The translations under genes were made by a program, and so were the position numbers. From an uncultured Pseudomonadota bacterium (GTDB taxonomy: Bacteria; Myxococcota_A; Polyangia; Fen-1088): a stretch of DNA of 64,000 nt. Location: the NCBI GenBank assembly GCA_963847705.1, contig CAWKBC010000010.1:96001-160000 (forward strand), in the 5' to 3' direction. Under the pieces are notes generated by a model. It was not told the DNA's origin. It was given only the letters and a program-made list of their open reading frames with translations, and searched no databases. This document shows, piece by piece, positions 32,743 to 44,400 of the stretch (position 1 is the first letter of the stretch; every line of letters begins with the position of its first letter).

Positions 32743-35700
32743 TCAGGATCGTTTCGCGGGGGCGCGTCCGGTCTCCTTGGCCAGGGCGGAGAGCCGCCCG
32801 GTGGTCTCCCGATCCGCCAACAGCTCCTCGGCGGTCTTCGCGGCACGAAAGCGCCAGTTGCCTTCCCCCACGGAGCCGGGGGTGTTGATCCGCTCGCGGC
32901 CGCCGACGGCGTCCTGGAACAGGGTCAGGGCCAGGGTCGACGGCGAGCGGTAGAGCACGCGCAGGATGAGATTTGCCGTTCGCTGACTGAACGGCGCGGC
33001 GGCATCGAGGTCGCCCAGCCCCGGGACGCGTTTCAACTTGTCTCGCTCCTCCGGGGTCAGGGCGTCGTACCAGTCGGCCGTGGTCTCGGTGTCGTGCGTG
33101 GCGTTCGTGGCCACGGAGTGGGCGGGCCAGGTGGCGGGGTCGCGGAACCGCTCCTCCTCCTGCTCCCAGCGCAGCACGCGATAGCCGGGCACGCCGATCT
33201 TGTCCAGCGACGGTCGCAAGAACGGCGGCACCGCACCGAGGTCCTCCGCCACCACCTCGCCCCAGCGGCTCATGATCCGCATGATCCGCTCGCCCAGCGC
33301 GATCTGCCCGCGCTCATCAGCCGGGGTGAAGCCGCTCTGCTTGCCGTCGGTCGAACGAAAGTAGGTCCGATAGAAGCCGAGGGCGTGGTCGACCCGATAG
33401 AGGCTGTAGAGCTGGCCGGCGCGCATGGCCCGCGCCTTGAGCCAGGAGAAGTCGTCGTCCTTGAACGCCTCCCAGTCATAGACCGGCAGGCCCCAGTCCT
33501 GACCCGTCTCCGAGGAGTCGTCGGGTGGCGTGCCGACATGCTGGTCGATCCGGAAGAGCCCCAGGTTCGACCAGACGTCCGCCGAGTCGACGCCCACCAC
33601 GAACGGCAGATCACCCATCAGCTCGACGCCGAAGGCGCTGGCCCCGCGGCGGGCGTTGCGCCACTGGAGGTCGAGCTGCCACTGCGCCCACTTGGTCCGC
33701 AGGATCGCCTCGTGGTGCTCCCGCCGCGCCTCATCGAGGGCGTGCGGGTTTCGATCGCGCGGGCCGCTCGGCCAGTCGAACCAGCCCCGGCCAAACTGGG
33801 CGTGCCACACGCTGAAGAGCGCATAGTCATCCAGCCAGTGGCGGTTCGCCTTGATGTAGGCGGTGAGCTGCCGCGCCCGACCGGTGTCCTTCGACCATTC
33901 GTCGCGCAGGAAGCGCGCGAACGCCAGCGCGATGCCTTCGCTTTTCAGCGCCCGTGCCGCGGTCCAGTCGACGAGGGGCGCCGAGGCCAGCGCGGCCAGC
34001 TTCTCGCGCGACCCGGCGGAGAGCGCCTCCCGACCGCCGGCCGCCACGAAATCCTCGCAGCTGTCCAGCGACAGATAGACCGGATCGAGCGCGAACGCGG
34101 AAAGCGCCGTGTAGGGGCTGGCGTCGACGCCGGAGACCTCGTTGACCGGGAGCAGCTGCAGGACCGAGAAGCCCGCCTGGCTGGCCCAGTCGGCGAACTT
34201 CGGAATGTCGGCGATCTCACCGACGCCCCACTGGGAGGGGGAGCGAATCGAGAACAGCGGGATCACCACGCCGGCGCGCCGGCGGCGCTGCTGCATCTCC
34301 CGGCGGGCCAGGCGGGCCGGCGCCGCGGCGGCGTCGCGGGCCAGCTCCTGGTCGAGCGGTTGCCGGAACAGCGCCAGCGCCCGCGGGGCGACCTGATATT
34401 CGCCGGCGCAGGCCGCCCCGGCCGGTTTCTGCGGATCGGCCGTGTCGACCTCGAGCAGCCACCCCGCCCCCCCTTCCGCGGGAAACTGGAAGGTGATCGG
34501 CTCGTGATGCGCGTTCATGAAGAGGAGAAGCCCGTCCCCCACGATGCGCTCCCCGGCCTCGTTGGTCATCCGGATCGCGTCGCCGCCCAGCATGAGTCCG
34601 AGCGAGGCGATCCAGGGCTTCTGCCAATCCTCCGGATCCATCTCGACGCCGTCGGGCCGCAGCCAGGCGAGGTCCTTGAACTGCGAGTCCCACATCTGAT
34701 CGCCGACGAGAAACCGGCTGTTCTGCAGCGCCGGATGCCGCTGCCGAAGCGCGATCATCCGCCGGGTGAACTCCAGCAACCCGCGGCGGCGGTCGTCGAG
34801 GTTCCAGTCGAACCACGACAGCGCGTTGTCCTGACAGTAGGCGTTGTTGTTGCCGCGCTGGGTGCGTCCCATCTCGTCGCCGCCGAGCAGCATCGGCACC
34901 CCCTGTGACAGGAGCAGCGTCGCCAGCATGTTCCGCTCTTGCCGGTCGCGAAGCGCCACGATCTCCGGGTCGTCGGTCTCCCCCTCGGCGCCGTGGTTCC
35001 ACGACTGGTTGTCGTCCACGCCGTCCTGATTGTTCTCGCCGTTGGCTTCGTTGTGCTTCGACCCGTACGACACCAGATCGTGCAGCGTGAATCCGTCGTG
35101 GGCGGTGATGAAGTTGATGCTGGACTGGGGCTGCCCCCGCTCGCCCCAGAACAGATCGGCCGAGCCGGTCAACCGGTAGCCGACCTCCGAGGCGAGGTTC
35201 TCGTCGCCCTTCCAGTACCGCCGGAGCGCGTCGCGAAACTTGCCGTTCCACTCGCGAAACGGGGCGGGAAAGTTTCCCACCTGGTACCCGCCCAGGCCCA
35301 CGTCCCAGGGCTCGGCGATCAACTTGACCCGCGAGAGGACCGGGTCCTGTCTGAGGATCTGAAAGATCGGCGCCTGGCGGCTGAACTCCCCGCGCCGCAC
35401 CCGTCCCAGCGTGCTGGCGAGATCGAAGCGAAAGCCGTCCACGTGCATCTCGCTCACCCAGTAGCGGAGGGAGTCGGCGATGAGGCGCGCCACCTGAGGA
35501 TTGGAGGCGTTCAGGCTGTTGCCGGTGCCGCTGAAGTCCAGGTAGTAGCGCGCCTCGGGCATCAGCCAGTAGTAGGTGGCGTTGTCGATCCCGCGGAAGC
35601 TCACCGTCGGGCCCCAGTGATTTCCTTCGCAGGTGTGGTTGTAGACGACGTCGAGGATCACCTCCAGCCCAGCCGCGTGCAGCGCCTTGACCATCGCCTT

Positions 35701-36468
35701 GAACTCGCCGACCTGCGCTCCCGGCCGCTGATCGCTGGCGTAGCGCTGCTCCGGCGCGAAGTAGTTGAGCGTGCTGTAGCCCCAGTAGTTGCGCAGCGAC
35801 CTGTCTTCGAGGAATCCGTCGTCGGCGAATTCGTGCACCGGCAGCAGCTCCACCGCCGTCACGCCCAGCTCGACGAGGTGCTTGAGGACCGCCGGATGCG
35901 CCAGCCCGGCATAAGAGCCCCGCTGCTCCTCCGGAACGTCCGGATGCAGCTTGGTGAAGCCGCGAACGTGCGTCTCGTAGATGACCGTGCGGTGCCAGGG
36001 GGTCTCGGGCGGGCGGTCGTCGCCCCAGTCGAACGTGGGATCGACGATCACGCCCTTCGGCACCCCGGCCGCGCTGTCGGCCGTATCGAAGGAGAGGTCA
36101 CCCTCCTCGTGCTCCGGCGTGTAGCCGGTGACCGGTTGCTTCCAGTCGATCTCCCCCCACACCGCCTTGGCGTAGGGATCGACGAGGAGCTTGCTGGGGT
36201 TGCAGCGTTGCCCCTGGGCCGGGTCGTAGGGGCCGTGCACGCGCAGCCCGTAGAGCGCTCCCGGCCGGAGATCGGCGACGTAGCCGTGCCAGACGTGCTC
36301 CGAGACCTCGGGGAGGTTGCAGCGATCGATCTCGCGGTGGGGATCCGCCGGGTCGTAGAGGCAGACCTCGACTCGGGTCGCCACCCGAGAGAAGACCGCG
36401 AAGTTCACGCCGTGCCCGTCGAAGGTGGCGCCAAGGGGATAGGGTTTCCCGGGCCTGGTCTGTCTCAC
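32743..36468 (-). CDS. glgX: GlgX glycogen debranching isoamylase fused to MalQ 4-alpha-glucanotransferase
   Basis: GH13 part: PYPLGAT, NYWGYST, DVVYNH, VDGFRFDLA, IAEPWD, TAHDGF, NNNAYCQDN. GH77 part from RRRAGVVIPLFS: SPY.ALSAFA, LMGDLPF, GQDWGLP, YRVDHALG, AEDLG, THDT, RINTPG, NWRFR. Confidence 0.95.
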   Translation of the reverse strand: MRQTRPGKPYPLGATFDGHGVNFAVFSRVATRVEVCLYDPADPHREIDRCNLPEVSEHVWHGYVADLRPGALYGLRVHGPYDPAQGQRCNPSKLLVDPYAKAVWGEIDWKQPVTGYTPEHEEGDLSFDTADSAAGVPKGVIVDPTFDWGDDRPPETPWHRTVIYETHVRGFTKLHPDVPEEQRGSYAGLAHPAVLKHLVELGVTAVELLPVHEFADDGFLEDRSLRNYWGYSTLNYFAPEQRYASDQRPGAQVGEFKAMVKALHAAGLEVILDVVYNHTCEGNHWGPTVSFRGIDNATYYWLMPEARYYLDFSGTGNSLNASNPQVARLIADSLRYWVSEMHVDGFRFDLASTLGRVRRGEFSRQAPIFQILRQDPVLSRVKLIAEPWDVGLGGYQVGNFPAPFREWNGKFRDALRRYWKGDENLASEVGYRLTGSADLFWGERGQPQSSINFITAHDGFTLHDLVSYGSKHNEANGENNQDGVDDNQSWNHGAEGETDDPEIVALRDRQERNMLATLLLSQGVPMLLGGDEMGRTQRGNNNAYCQDNALSWFDWNLDDRRRGLLEFTRRMIALRQRHPALQNSRFLVGDQMWDSQFKDLAWLRPDGVEMDPEDWQKPWIASLGLMLGGDAIRMTNEAGERIVGDGLLLFMNAHHEPITFQFPAEGGAGWLLEVDTADPQKPAGAACAGEYQVAPRALALFRQPLDQELARDAAAAPARLARREMQQRRRRAGVVIPLFSIRSPSQWGVGEIADIPKFADWASQAGFSVLQLLPVNEVSGVDASPYTALSAFALDPVYLSLDSCEDFVAAGGREALSAGSREKLAALASAPLVDWTAARALKSEGIALAFARFLRDEWSKDTGRARQLTAYIKANRHWLDDYALFSVWHAQFGRGWFDWPSGPRDRNPHALDEARREHHEAILRTKWAQWQLDLQWRNARRGASAFGVELMGDLPFVVGVDSADVWSNLGLFRIDQHVGTPPDDSSETGQDWGLPVYDWEAFKDDDFSWLKARAMRAGQLYSLYRVDHALGFYRTYFRSTDGKQSGFTPADERGQIALGERIMRIMSRWGEVVAEDLGAVPPFLRPSLDKIGVPGYRVLRWEQEEERFRDPATWPAHSVATNATHDTETTADWYDALTPEERDKLKRVPGLGDLDAAAPFSQRTANLILRVLYRSPSTLALTLFQDAVGGRERINTPGSVGEGNWRFRAAKTAEELLADRETTGRLSALAKETGRAPAKRS

Positions 36469-36580
36469 TGAGGGACGAACCTAAGGCTCATCCTTACGTC
36501 GACAAGGAACGCCGACCGAGAACCCGCAACCGTGACTACCTTGGGGAACATTGTCGAACACGACGACCGCGAGGGTGAGG

Positions 36581-37114
36581 ATGGGGATGGGACCGAGGGT
36601 GGTGTGGGGGGCGCTCGCGGCGATGGCGGCGAGTGTGGCGACCGGCTGCGCATACAACAGAGCTTCTGCGACCGGCCAGGGGGCCGAGCAGCTGGCGAGC
36701 CGGCCGGACGCTCTGATCCAGATGCGCCGGGGCGGGTGCCCCCCGGATGTCTGTCCGGTCTATTCGATCTCCATTTTTCTCGACGGAACGGTGGCCTACG
36801 ACGGTCAGGCCAACGTCGCGGTGCTGGGCCACCGGACCGCGAAGCTGTCGGCCGGGCGCCTCAACGAGCTGCTCTCGCAGATCGAGGCGATGGACTTCCT
36901 CGACAGCTCCGAACAGTGCTGCGTCTGCCCGGACGCGACGGACAAAGCGCATCTGGTGATCCTCGACTACCGCCCCGGCACCACCGCCAAGACGGTCCTG
37001 CACGATGACGCTTGCGGCCTGGCGCCGCCCACGATGAGCGCCATCGAACGAAGCATCGATGACGCGACCGGCGTCGAGCGATGGACCACGCCGCTCGTCG
37101 CCTCGAAGCGTTGA
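36581..37114 (+). CDS. DUF6438-like lipoprotein
   Basis: Lipobox VATGC; RGGCPPDVCPVYSISIFLDGTVAYDG. Confidence 0.75.
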   Translation: MGMGPRVVWGALAAMAASVATGCAYNRASATGQGAEQLASRPDALIQMRRGGCPPDVCPVYSISIFLDGTVAYDGQANVAVLGHRTAKLSAGRLNELLSQIEAMDFLDSSEQCCVCPDATDKAHLVILDYRPGTTAKTVLHDDACGLAPPTMSAIERSIDDATGVERWTTPLVASKR

Positions 37115-37224
37115 GGCCGCACCGCTGAGCTCGTTGTCAGCGCGCAGCCGATGGCCCGAGGGAAACTGGGGCTGAAATCCTCCATCGGCCTATCTATCCA
37201 GGAGACCGGGCCTAGCTTCTCAGC

Positions 37225-38370
37225 ATGGCGTTGCTCCAAGCGCTCCTGGCGCTCATCAGTAAGTCCGCCGGCAAGATCCTGAACGCCCTCTTCGGGTGGG
37301 CGGTCCGCGCCCTCTTCGGGCAGACCACCGCGCGTGAACAGACCTTCCTCTCCGTGGTGGTGGCGGCGGCGGTCGCCTGGCCGGTTCTCCTGGTGGGAAT
37401 CGTGGCGCCCAAGATCGCCGCGCTCCTGCTGGCGTTCGTGCCGATTCCGCACGCGGTCCCCGCCTGGTCGGTGCGGATCGTGTGGGTGGCGCTGGCTCTG
37501 GTCATCCCCTTCGCCGTGGGGATCGCGGTGGCCAAGAAGGCGCCGGCGAAGGCACCGGCCTCCGACTCCAAGGACGTGCCCGATTCGAAAGACACGCGGA
37601 AGGAGTCGCCTGTTCTCACGGTGCTCCGCGGCTTTCCCATCACGGTCGGGTTGGCCGCGGCCTTCATCGTCATGTTCGTATCGGTCCCGGTGATGCGCCT
37701 GGGGGCCATCCTGCGCCGCCGAAAGAGCGCTGACGTCCCGCTGGTCACGAACGAAGCGGCGTACCACCAGGTGGCGGACACCATCTGCGAGGTGTTGAAC
37801 CGCCATGGGTTTGCGCTGCGCCCGGCTGCTCCTGGCTGGTGGGTGGCGGCGCCGATCCGAATTCTCACCTGGCTGGGCGGTGACGCCTTTCGATCCTACG
37901 TCCCGAGCCAGCTCGAGCATTTCGTCTCCCCCGACCTGGAGCTCTCGCTCTATCCAAGCGGGTTGCTCCTGCGCGGCGCGGCCCACAGCGTGACCTGGGC
38001 CCACGGCCTCATCGCCGAATCCGTCGTCCACACCGAAGGGCTGCAGACGGTCGACCCGAAGGCCCAGGACCTGGAGAAACGGATCCGGCGCGTCTGGAAG
38101 ACATACGATACGGCGCCGGCCCAGATCCTGGGCTCGGAGAATCTGGTCCAGGCCCTGGAGCAGCTCAGCGGTGATCTCGCCCGGCTGCAGGTCGACTTCG
38201 ACGACTGGCAGGTCCTCTACCGCCAGATCCTCCAGGTCGGCCGGGCCATCCACGGCCAGCGGCAGCTGATGGACCTGGAAGCCACAAAGGTTCAAATGAA
38301 GGCTCAAGGCGGAGCTGGCCTCTCGACAGCCAGGCCGAAGGCATCCCTCTCCATCAGAGCCACTGGCTAG
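37225..38370 (+). CDS. Hypothetical multi-TM membrane protein, paralogue of 11949..12962
   Basis: SKSAGKILNALFGWAVRALFGQT, LSLYPSGLLLRG, DDWQVLYRQILQ. Confidence 0.82.
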   Translation: MALLQALLALISKSAGKILNALFGWAVRALFGQTTAREQTFLSVVVAAAVAWPVLLVGIVAPKIAALLLAFVPIPHAVPAWSVRIVWVALALVIPFAVGIAVAKKAPAKAPASDSKDVPDSKDTRKESPVLTVLRGFPITVGLAAAFIVMFVSVPVMRLGAILRRRKSADVPLVTNEAAYHQVADTICEVLNRHGFALRPAAPGWWVAAPIRILTWLGGDAFRSYVPSQLEHFVSPDLELSLYPSGLLLRGAAHSVTWAHGLIAESVVHTEGLQTVDPKAQDLEKRIRRVWKTYDTAPAQILGSENLVQALEQLSGDLARLQVDFDDWQVLYRQILQVGRAIHGQRQLMDLEATKVQMKAQGGAGLSTARPKASLSIRATG

Positions 38371-38386
38371 TTGCCCTCTTCATAAG

Positions 38387-39940
38387 ATGATCGACGTAGG
38401 GCAGACCGTAGGCAATTACAACATCACCGCCAAGCTCGGCGAGGGTGGAATGGGCACGGTGTTTCTGGCCGAGCATCCGGTGATCGGCAGCAGGGTCGCG
38501 CTCAAGGCCATCCACCCGGAATATGCGCGCAGCCCCGAGGTGGTCTCGCGATTCGTGAACGAAGCCCGCGCGGTCAATCAGATCGGGCACGACCACATCA
38601 TCGACATCCACGACTTCGGAACCACGCCCGCGGGGGACTTCTACTTCATCATGGAGTACCTGAGCGGCGAGATGCTCTCCGACCAGAGAGGTCGCCAGGT
38701 CGCGTTCTCGCCGACCCGGGCGTTGCACATCGTCGCCCAGATCGCCGACGCCCTGGCTGCCTCGCACGAGCGGGGCGTCATCCATCGCGATCTCAAGCCC
38801 GACAACATCTTTCTCATCACCCGCGACGGCAAGCCGGACTTCGTGAAGGTGCTCGACTTCGGGCTGGCCAAGCTGACCACCGTGAACGGGGCCGCCCCGG
38901 CGTACACCACCGACGCCGGAGTCATCATGGGAACGCCCTATTACATGTCGCCCGAACAGTGCGAGGGGCGGATGGAGCTCGACCACAGAACCGACGTCTA
39001 TTCGCTGGGCGTCATCCTGTTCGAGATGCTGACCGGCCAGGTCCCCTTCGCGGGCGAGGGATATGGCGAGGTGATGACCAAGCACATCTCGCTGCCGCCG
39101 CCCGCCGCCCGGAGCTTCGTTCCGGGTCTTCCCATCGCTCTCGAGGCGATCCTCAGCCGGGCGCTGGCCAAGGCTCCCGACGCGCGCTTTCAAACGATGG
39201 CGGAGTTTCGCGAGGTGCTGCTCAGCACCGAGAGCGCGCTCTCTCCGCCCCCGGCTGTCATCGAGCGCGAGGGAGAGCGCGATCTCGAGCGAGCTCCCTC
39301 CGGGCTTGCCTCGCTCGGCGTCGCGACCTCCAGACCGGCGCCGTCCGCAGTCAGCTTTCAACAACACGTGGGAGAGGTGGGCGAGGCCCTCGATGTTCGG
39401 CCCAGACGGGGTCGTGGGGGATTGTTCGTCCTCGGCGCCGCCGCGGCGCTCGTGGTCGTCGCCCTGGCGAACGGCGGCGTTCGCGGGCAGGCGACCCAAC
39501 TGCTCGCGCGCAGCGCGGCGGCCAAGAGACCCGCCACGGTGCGGGTGAACTTCAGCTCCGATCCGGCCGGCGCCTCCGTCTCGAGGAGCGACGGCGCCGT
39601 GTTGGGGGTGACGCCGCTGTCGGTCGAGATCCCCTACAGCGACAGGCCGGTCGACTATCGCCTGGACAAAGAAGGCTATCAATCGAAGGTCACGTCGCTG
39701 GTGCCCAACCTCCCGTCGCCCGTGTTCGTCCTCTTGGAACGGCTTCCAGCACCCCCTGCACCTGCGGCCCCGGGCGCCGAGCAGAGTGTCGCCTCGGCCG
39801 CCACCACGCCGCCCCTGCCGGCCATCTCCTCACCTGCCCGCGCCAAAGCCGCGCGCGAGAGCCGTCACCGTGTCTCGGCCGAGCGGCTCCGCGACCTGGT
39901 CGATGACGGCGACGACGTCATGCCGCCGTCAACCCAGTAG
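38387..39940 (+). CDS. Membrane Ser/Thr kinase with an extracytoplasmic PEGA-like domain
   Basis: LGEGGMG, VALK, IHRDLKPDN, DFGLAK, GTPYYMSPEQ; TM segment; VNFSSDPAGASV...LGVTPL...LDKEGY. Confidence 0.93.
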   Translation: MIDVGQTVGNYNITAKLGEGGMGTVFLAEHPVIGSRVALKAIHPEYARSPEVVSRFVNEARAVNQIGHDHIIDIHDFGTTPAGDFYFIMEYLSGEMLSDQRGRQVAFSPTRALHIVAQIADALAASHERGVIHRDLKPDNIFLITRDGKPDFVKVLDFGLAKLTTVNGAAPAYTTDAGVIMGTPYYMSPEQCEGRMELDHRTDVYSLGVILFEMLTGQVPFAGEGYGEVMTKHISLPPPAARSFVPGLPIALEAILSRALAKAPDARFQTMAEFREVLLSTESALSPPPAVIEREGERDLERAPSGLASLGVATSRPAPSAVSFQQHVGEVGEALDVRPRRGRGGLFVLGAAAALVVVALANGGVRGQATQLLARSAAAKRPATVRVNFSSDPAGASVSRSDGAVLGVTPLSVEIPYSDRPVDYRLDKEGYQSKVTSLVPNLPSPVFVLLERLPAPPAPAAPGAEQSVASAATTPPLPAISSPARAKAARESRHRVSAERLRDLVDDGDDVMPPSTQ

Positions 39941-41306
39941 GCTCGTCCCCCTGATCGATGCCGTGGGTCCGCAGCTTCTCCCAGAGGTTCTTGCGAGAGA
40001 TCCCCAGCGACTCGGCCATCTGAATTCTCTTCCCGCCGAACTGCGACACCGCCCGCACCAGGTAGTCCCGTTCGAACTCCTTGAGCGCCACCCCCAGGGG
40101 TGCCATCTGCGTCCCGTGGGTCTCCATCTCGGGAAGCCGGGCGCCCCGAATCGAGACCGGGAGGTGCTCCACCTCGATGGTCCCACCCCGCGAAAGCAGC
40201 ACCGCGTGCTCCATCGCGTGCATCAGCTCCCGCACGTTCCCTGGGAACCCATACGATGACAGGACGTTCCAGGCTTGCCAGCTCATCTCCGGCACCGACG
40301 GTCGCCCCGCCGAGAAGCGCTGGATGAACAGGCGCGCCAGGACGGCCAGATCGCCCGAGCGGGCGCGCAGCGGCGGGATCGACAGATCGATCGTGTTGAT
40401 CCGGTAGTAGAGATCCTCGCGGAACTGTCCGGTGACGACGCGCGACTTCAGATTCTGATGGGTCGCCGAGATGATCCGCACGTCGACCTGGATCGAGACG
40501 TTGCTCCCCAGCGGCTCGACGGTCCCTTCCTGCAGCACGCGCAGCAGCTTGGCCTGCGCGGCGGTCGACAGCTCCGCGACCTCGTCCAGGAACAGCGTTC
40601 CGCCGTGCGCGGCCTTGAAGCGCCCCTCCCTCCGCTGGGTGGCGCCGGTGAAGGCCCCGCGTTCATGTCCGAACAGCTCCGCCTCGATGAGGGTGTCGGG
40701 AAAGGCGGCGCAGTTGACGGCCACGAACGGTTTGCCCCGGCGCTCGCTCCCTTCGTGGAGGGCATGCGCCACCAGCTCCTTCCCCGTCCCGCTCTCCCCC
40801 AGGATGAGGACCGCCGCATCGCAGTGGGCCACGGTTTCGGCCCGTTTCACGACCGCCAGCATCTCCGGCGAGTGGCCGATCAGCTGTTCCAGAGCAGGCG
40901 CACGCTTCAGCTCGGCCCGCGCCTCCACGATTTCGCGGCGCAGGGCCCGGAAGGAGGCGATCCGCTTCAGCTGGATCACCAGCTCCTCCAGGTGGATCGG
41001 CTTGGTCAGATAGTCGAAGGCCCCTTCCTTCAGCACGGCCACCGCGTCCGCGACGGCGGCGTTCCCGGTGATGAGAATCATGTCGGTGGTCGGCGACTCT
41101 TCCCGCAGCCGTCGAAACAGCGCCAACCCGTCGAGCCCAGGGAGCCGCATGTCGGCCACCACCACGTCGAAGGTGCTGGCGCAGGCCAGCGACAGCGCCT
41201 GGGTGCCGTCGGCGGCGCAGGTGACCTCGTGCCCCTCATCGACGAGGGCGTCAGAGATCAGCGCGCAAATGTCCGGCTCGTCATCGACCACCAGGATCTT
41301 CAGCAT
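39918..41306 (-). CDS. Sigma54-dependent response regulator (NtrC/AtoC family)
   Basis: REC domain; GESGTGKE, GAFTGA, LFLDE, FREDLYYR, FPGNVREL; Fis HTH LGISRKNLWEKL. Confidence 0.95.
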   Translation of the reverse strand: MLKILVVDDEPDICALISDALVDEGHEVTCAADGTQALSLACASTFDVVVADMRLPGLDGLALFRRLREESPTTDMILITGNAAVADAVAVLKEGAFDYLTKPIHLEELVIQLKRIASFRALRREIVEARAELKRAPALEQLIGHSPEMLAVVKRAETVAHCDAAVLILGESGTGKELVAHALHEGSERRGKPFVAVNCAAFPDTLIEAELFGHERGAFTGATQRREGRFKAAHGGTLFLDEVAELSTAAQAKLLRVLQEGTVEPLGSNVSIQVDVRIISATHQNLKSRVVTGQFREDLYYRINTIDLSIPPLRARSGDLAVLARLFIQRFSAGRPSVPEMSWQAWNVLSSYGFPGNVRELMHAMEHAVLLSRGGTIEVEHLPVSIRGARLPEMETHGTQMAPLGVALKEFERDYLVRAVSQFGGKRIQMAESLGISRKNLWEKLRTHGIDQGDEPTGLTAA

Positions 41307-41495
41307 TCGGCTAGCGCCGAAGGTAGGGTACGCATCGAGGATGTCTAGGCCCATCCTGAGGATTAGCCTGATTATTTTCGTCGTTGGCCGGACCTGCCGC
41401 CTGTTTCCGGCACGTCACGCCAGAGCCAAAAAGAACGGGCCCGGGCGATTTTTAAGACTTTTGTGTAGGTAGTTCTTAGTTTCTGCCGTCGTCTC

Positions 41496-44400
41496 ATGCC
41501 CCCCGCTCCAGGACCACCCAAGCCCCCTGACGCCCACACCCCGCGGGACGCCCTTCGCAGCGGCTTTCTGCGCTCCTCCTTGCCGCCGCGGACGCAGGCC
41601 GGATTCGTGGCGGCCACGCTCGCGGTTTTCTTGATCGCCTTTCTCTCGTATCGGTCCTTCACCCAGCGGGCGGAGGGGGCGCGGCTGGTCGCCCACACCC
41701 TGGAGGTCACCGCGCACCTGGAGGTGATCCTCTCGACCTTCCAGGACGCCGAGACGGGGCAGCGGGGCTTTCTGCTCACCGGGGACGGGCATTACCTCGA
41801 GCCGTACGACCAGGCGGTGGCGACGTTCGATGGGGAGCTGCTGCGGCTGCGCGCCGCCATCGCGGACAACCCTCAGCAGCTGGAGCGCTTCGACGCGCTC
41901 GACCGAAATGGCCGGAGCAAGATGGCCGAGCTGAAGCAGACCATCGATCTGCGCCGCGCCGGCCGCGCGGAGGCGGCGCTGGAGTTGGTCAAGACCGATC
42001 GCGGAAAACGTTACATGGACGAGATCCGCGCCGAGGTGGCGGCGATGAAGGAGGCCGAACGAAGGCTCCTCGATGCGCGCACGCAGGATCTGGCCGCCGC
42101 CTCCTCGTTCGTCATCGAGGTCGTCTGGGGCGGCTCGGCGCTGCTGCTCTTTCTCATCGCCGCCGCGGCCGCGCTCTCCTCCAAGGATTTCTTCGAACAG
42201 CGCGTGCAGGGGTGGCTTCGCACGGGGCAGAGCGAGATGGCGGTCGCCATGCAGGGCGTCGAGCTGACCGCGGGCCTCGGCGAGCGGGTGGCGGCCTTCC
42301 TGGGCCGCTATCTCGACGCCCAGATCGGGGCGGTCTACTTCGCTCCCTCGGCAGGAGCGCTCGAACGGGTGGGGGCCTATGCCCTGCCGGAGGGGGCCGA
42401 GACCGGCGGGCCCGCGGGGCTCACCAAACAGGCCTACGCGGAGAACAGGACCATCAAGACCGAGGAGGTCCCCTCTGACTTCTTTCCCGTCAATTCGGGG
42501 CTGGGGAAGAGTCGCGCCCGTCACCTGGTCGTCACGCCGACCACCGCGGACGGCTTCCCGAACGGAGCGCTCGAGCTGGGCTTCTTTGGCTCCGTCCGCC
42601 CCCACGATCTCGAGCTGCTCGCGCGGCTGAGCGAGCCGATCGGCCTCGCCCTGCGTGCCACCAAGGATCGCAGCGAGCTCAAGAATCTGCTGGAAGAGAC
42701 CCAACGCCAGGCCGAGGAGCTGCAAACACAACAGGAAGAGCTTCGGGTCCAGAACGAGGAGCTGGAGCAGCAGAGCAACACCCTGCAGTCGTCGCAGGCG
42801 CGGCTGGAGAACCAGCAGGTCGAGCTCGAGCAGATCAACTTCAACCTCGAAGAGCAGACGCAGGCGCTGGAGAGACAGCGCGACCATCTGGCGCGGGCCC
42901 AGGCCGACCTGCAGCGCGCCAGCGCCTACAAATCGGAGTTCCTGGCCAACATGTCGCACGAGCTGCGAACGCCGCTCAACAGCACGCTCATCCTGGCCAA
43001 GCTGCTGGGGGAGAACCGCGACGGCAACCTGAACCCGGAGCAGATCAAGTTCGCCGACACGATCTATTCGGCGGGCAACGATCTGCTGACGCTCATCAAC
43101 GACATCCTCGACCTCTCCAAGATCGAGGCCGGCAAGCTGGATGTGCGGCCGGAGGAGATCGCCCTGCCCCGGCTCCGCGACGAGCTGGCCGACATCTTTC
43201 GCCCGGTGGCGCGCGACAAGGGGATCGAGCTGACCGCCACCATCGAGACCGACGTTCCGGCCACGATGGTGACCGACTCGACGCGCCTGCAGCAGGTGCT
43301 GAAGAACCTGCTGTCGAACGCCTTGAAGTTCACCGACCGGGGAGGTGTGGAGCTGCGGGTGCGGCGGGTGGCCGGCGCCCGGATCGCGTTCGACGTCAAG
43401 GACACCGGGATCGGCATTCCGCGGGAGCAGCACGAGGTCATCTTCGAGGCCTTCCGGCAGGCCGACGGCACGACCAACCGAAAGTACGGCGGCACCGGGC
43501 TCGGGCTCTCGATCTCGCGCGATCTGGCCCGCCTGCTGGGGGGCGAGCTGACGCTCGACAGCGCCCCCGGCCGCGGGAGCACCTTCACGCTGGTCCTGCC
43601 GGAGCGGCTCGCCTCCTCGGAGGTTCCGAACGCCACGCCCCCCGTTTCGCGTCCATCCCCGGGAGCGCTGCCGAACGACCGGGCCACCGCGAGCGCTCGA
43701 CCGTCCGCTGCGCCGACGCAGGGGGAGGCGGACCCGATGTCCGGAGGCCGCATCATTCTCATTGTCGAGGACGACCCGAAGTTCGCCGGCGTGCTGCAGG
43801 CGCTGGCCCGCGAGCTGGACTTTCAGACCGTGGTGGCGACGACGGGCGAGCAAGGGCTGGCGATGGCCGAGCGCTACCGGCCGAGCGCGATCGTCCTCGA
43901 CGTCGGGCTGCCCGATCGCTCGGGTCTCTCCGTGCTCGATACGCTGAAGCATCGCTCGACCACCCGTCACATCCCGGTCCACGTCGTCTCCGCCACCGAC
44001 CACACCCAGACGGCGCTGGAGATGGGCGCCCTCGGCTATGCGATCAAGCCGGTCGAACGCGAAGAGCTGGTCGGGGCGCTCAAGCGGCTGGAGACCAAGT
44101 TCACCCAGCGGTTGCGCCGGATCCTGATCGTCGAGGACGACGACGTGGCGCGCGAGAGCACCTGCCATCTGCTGGCCGGACCCGACGTGGAGACGGTGGC
44201 GGTCGGAGATGCGGCCGCGGCGCTGGCGGCGCTGGAGACCGCCACCTTCGACTGCATGGTGCTCGATCTTTCGCTGCCCGATCGCAGCGGCCTCGAGCTC
44301 CTGGACGAGATGTCGAAGACGGAGCGCTACGCGTTCCCGCCGGTGATCGTCTACACCGGCCGCTCGCTGTCACGCCCCGAGGAGCAGGAGCTTCGCAAGC

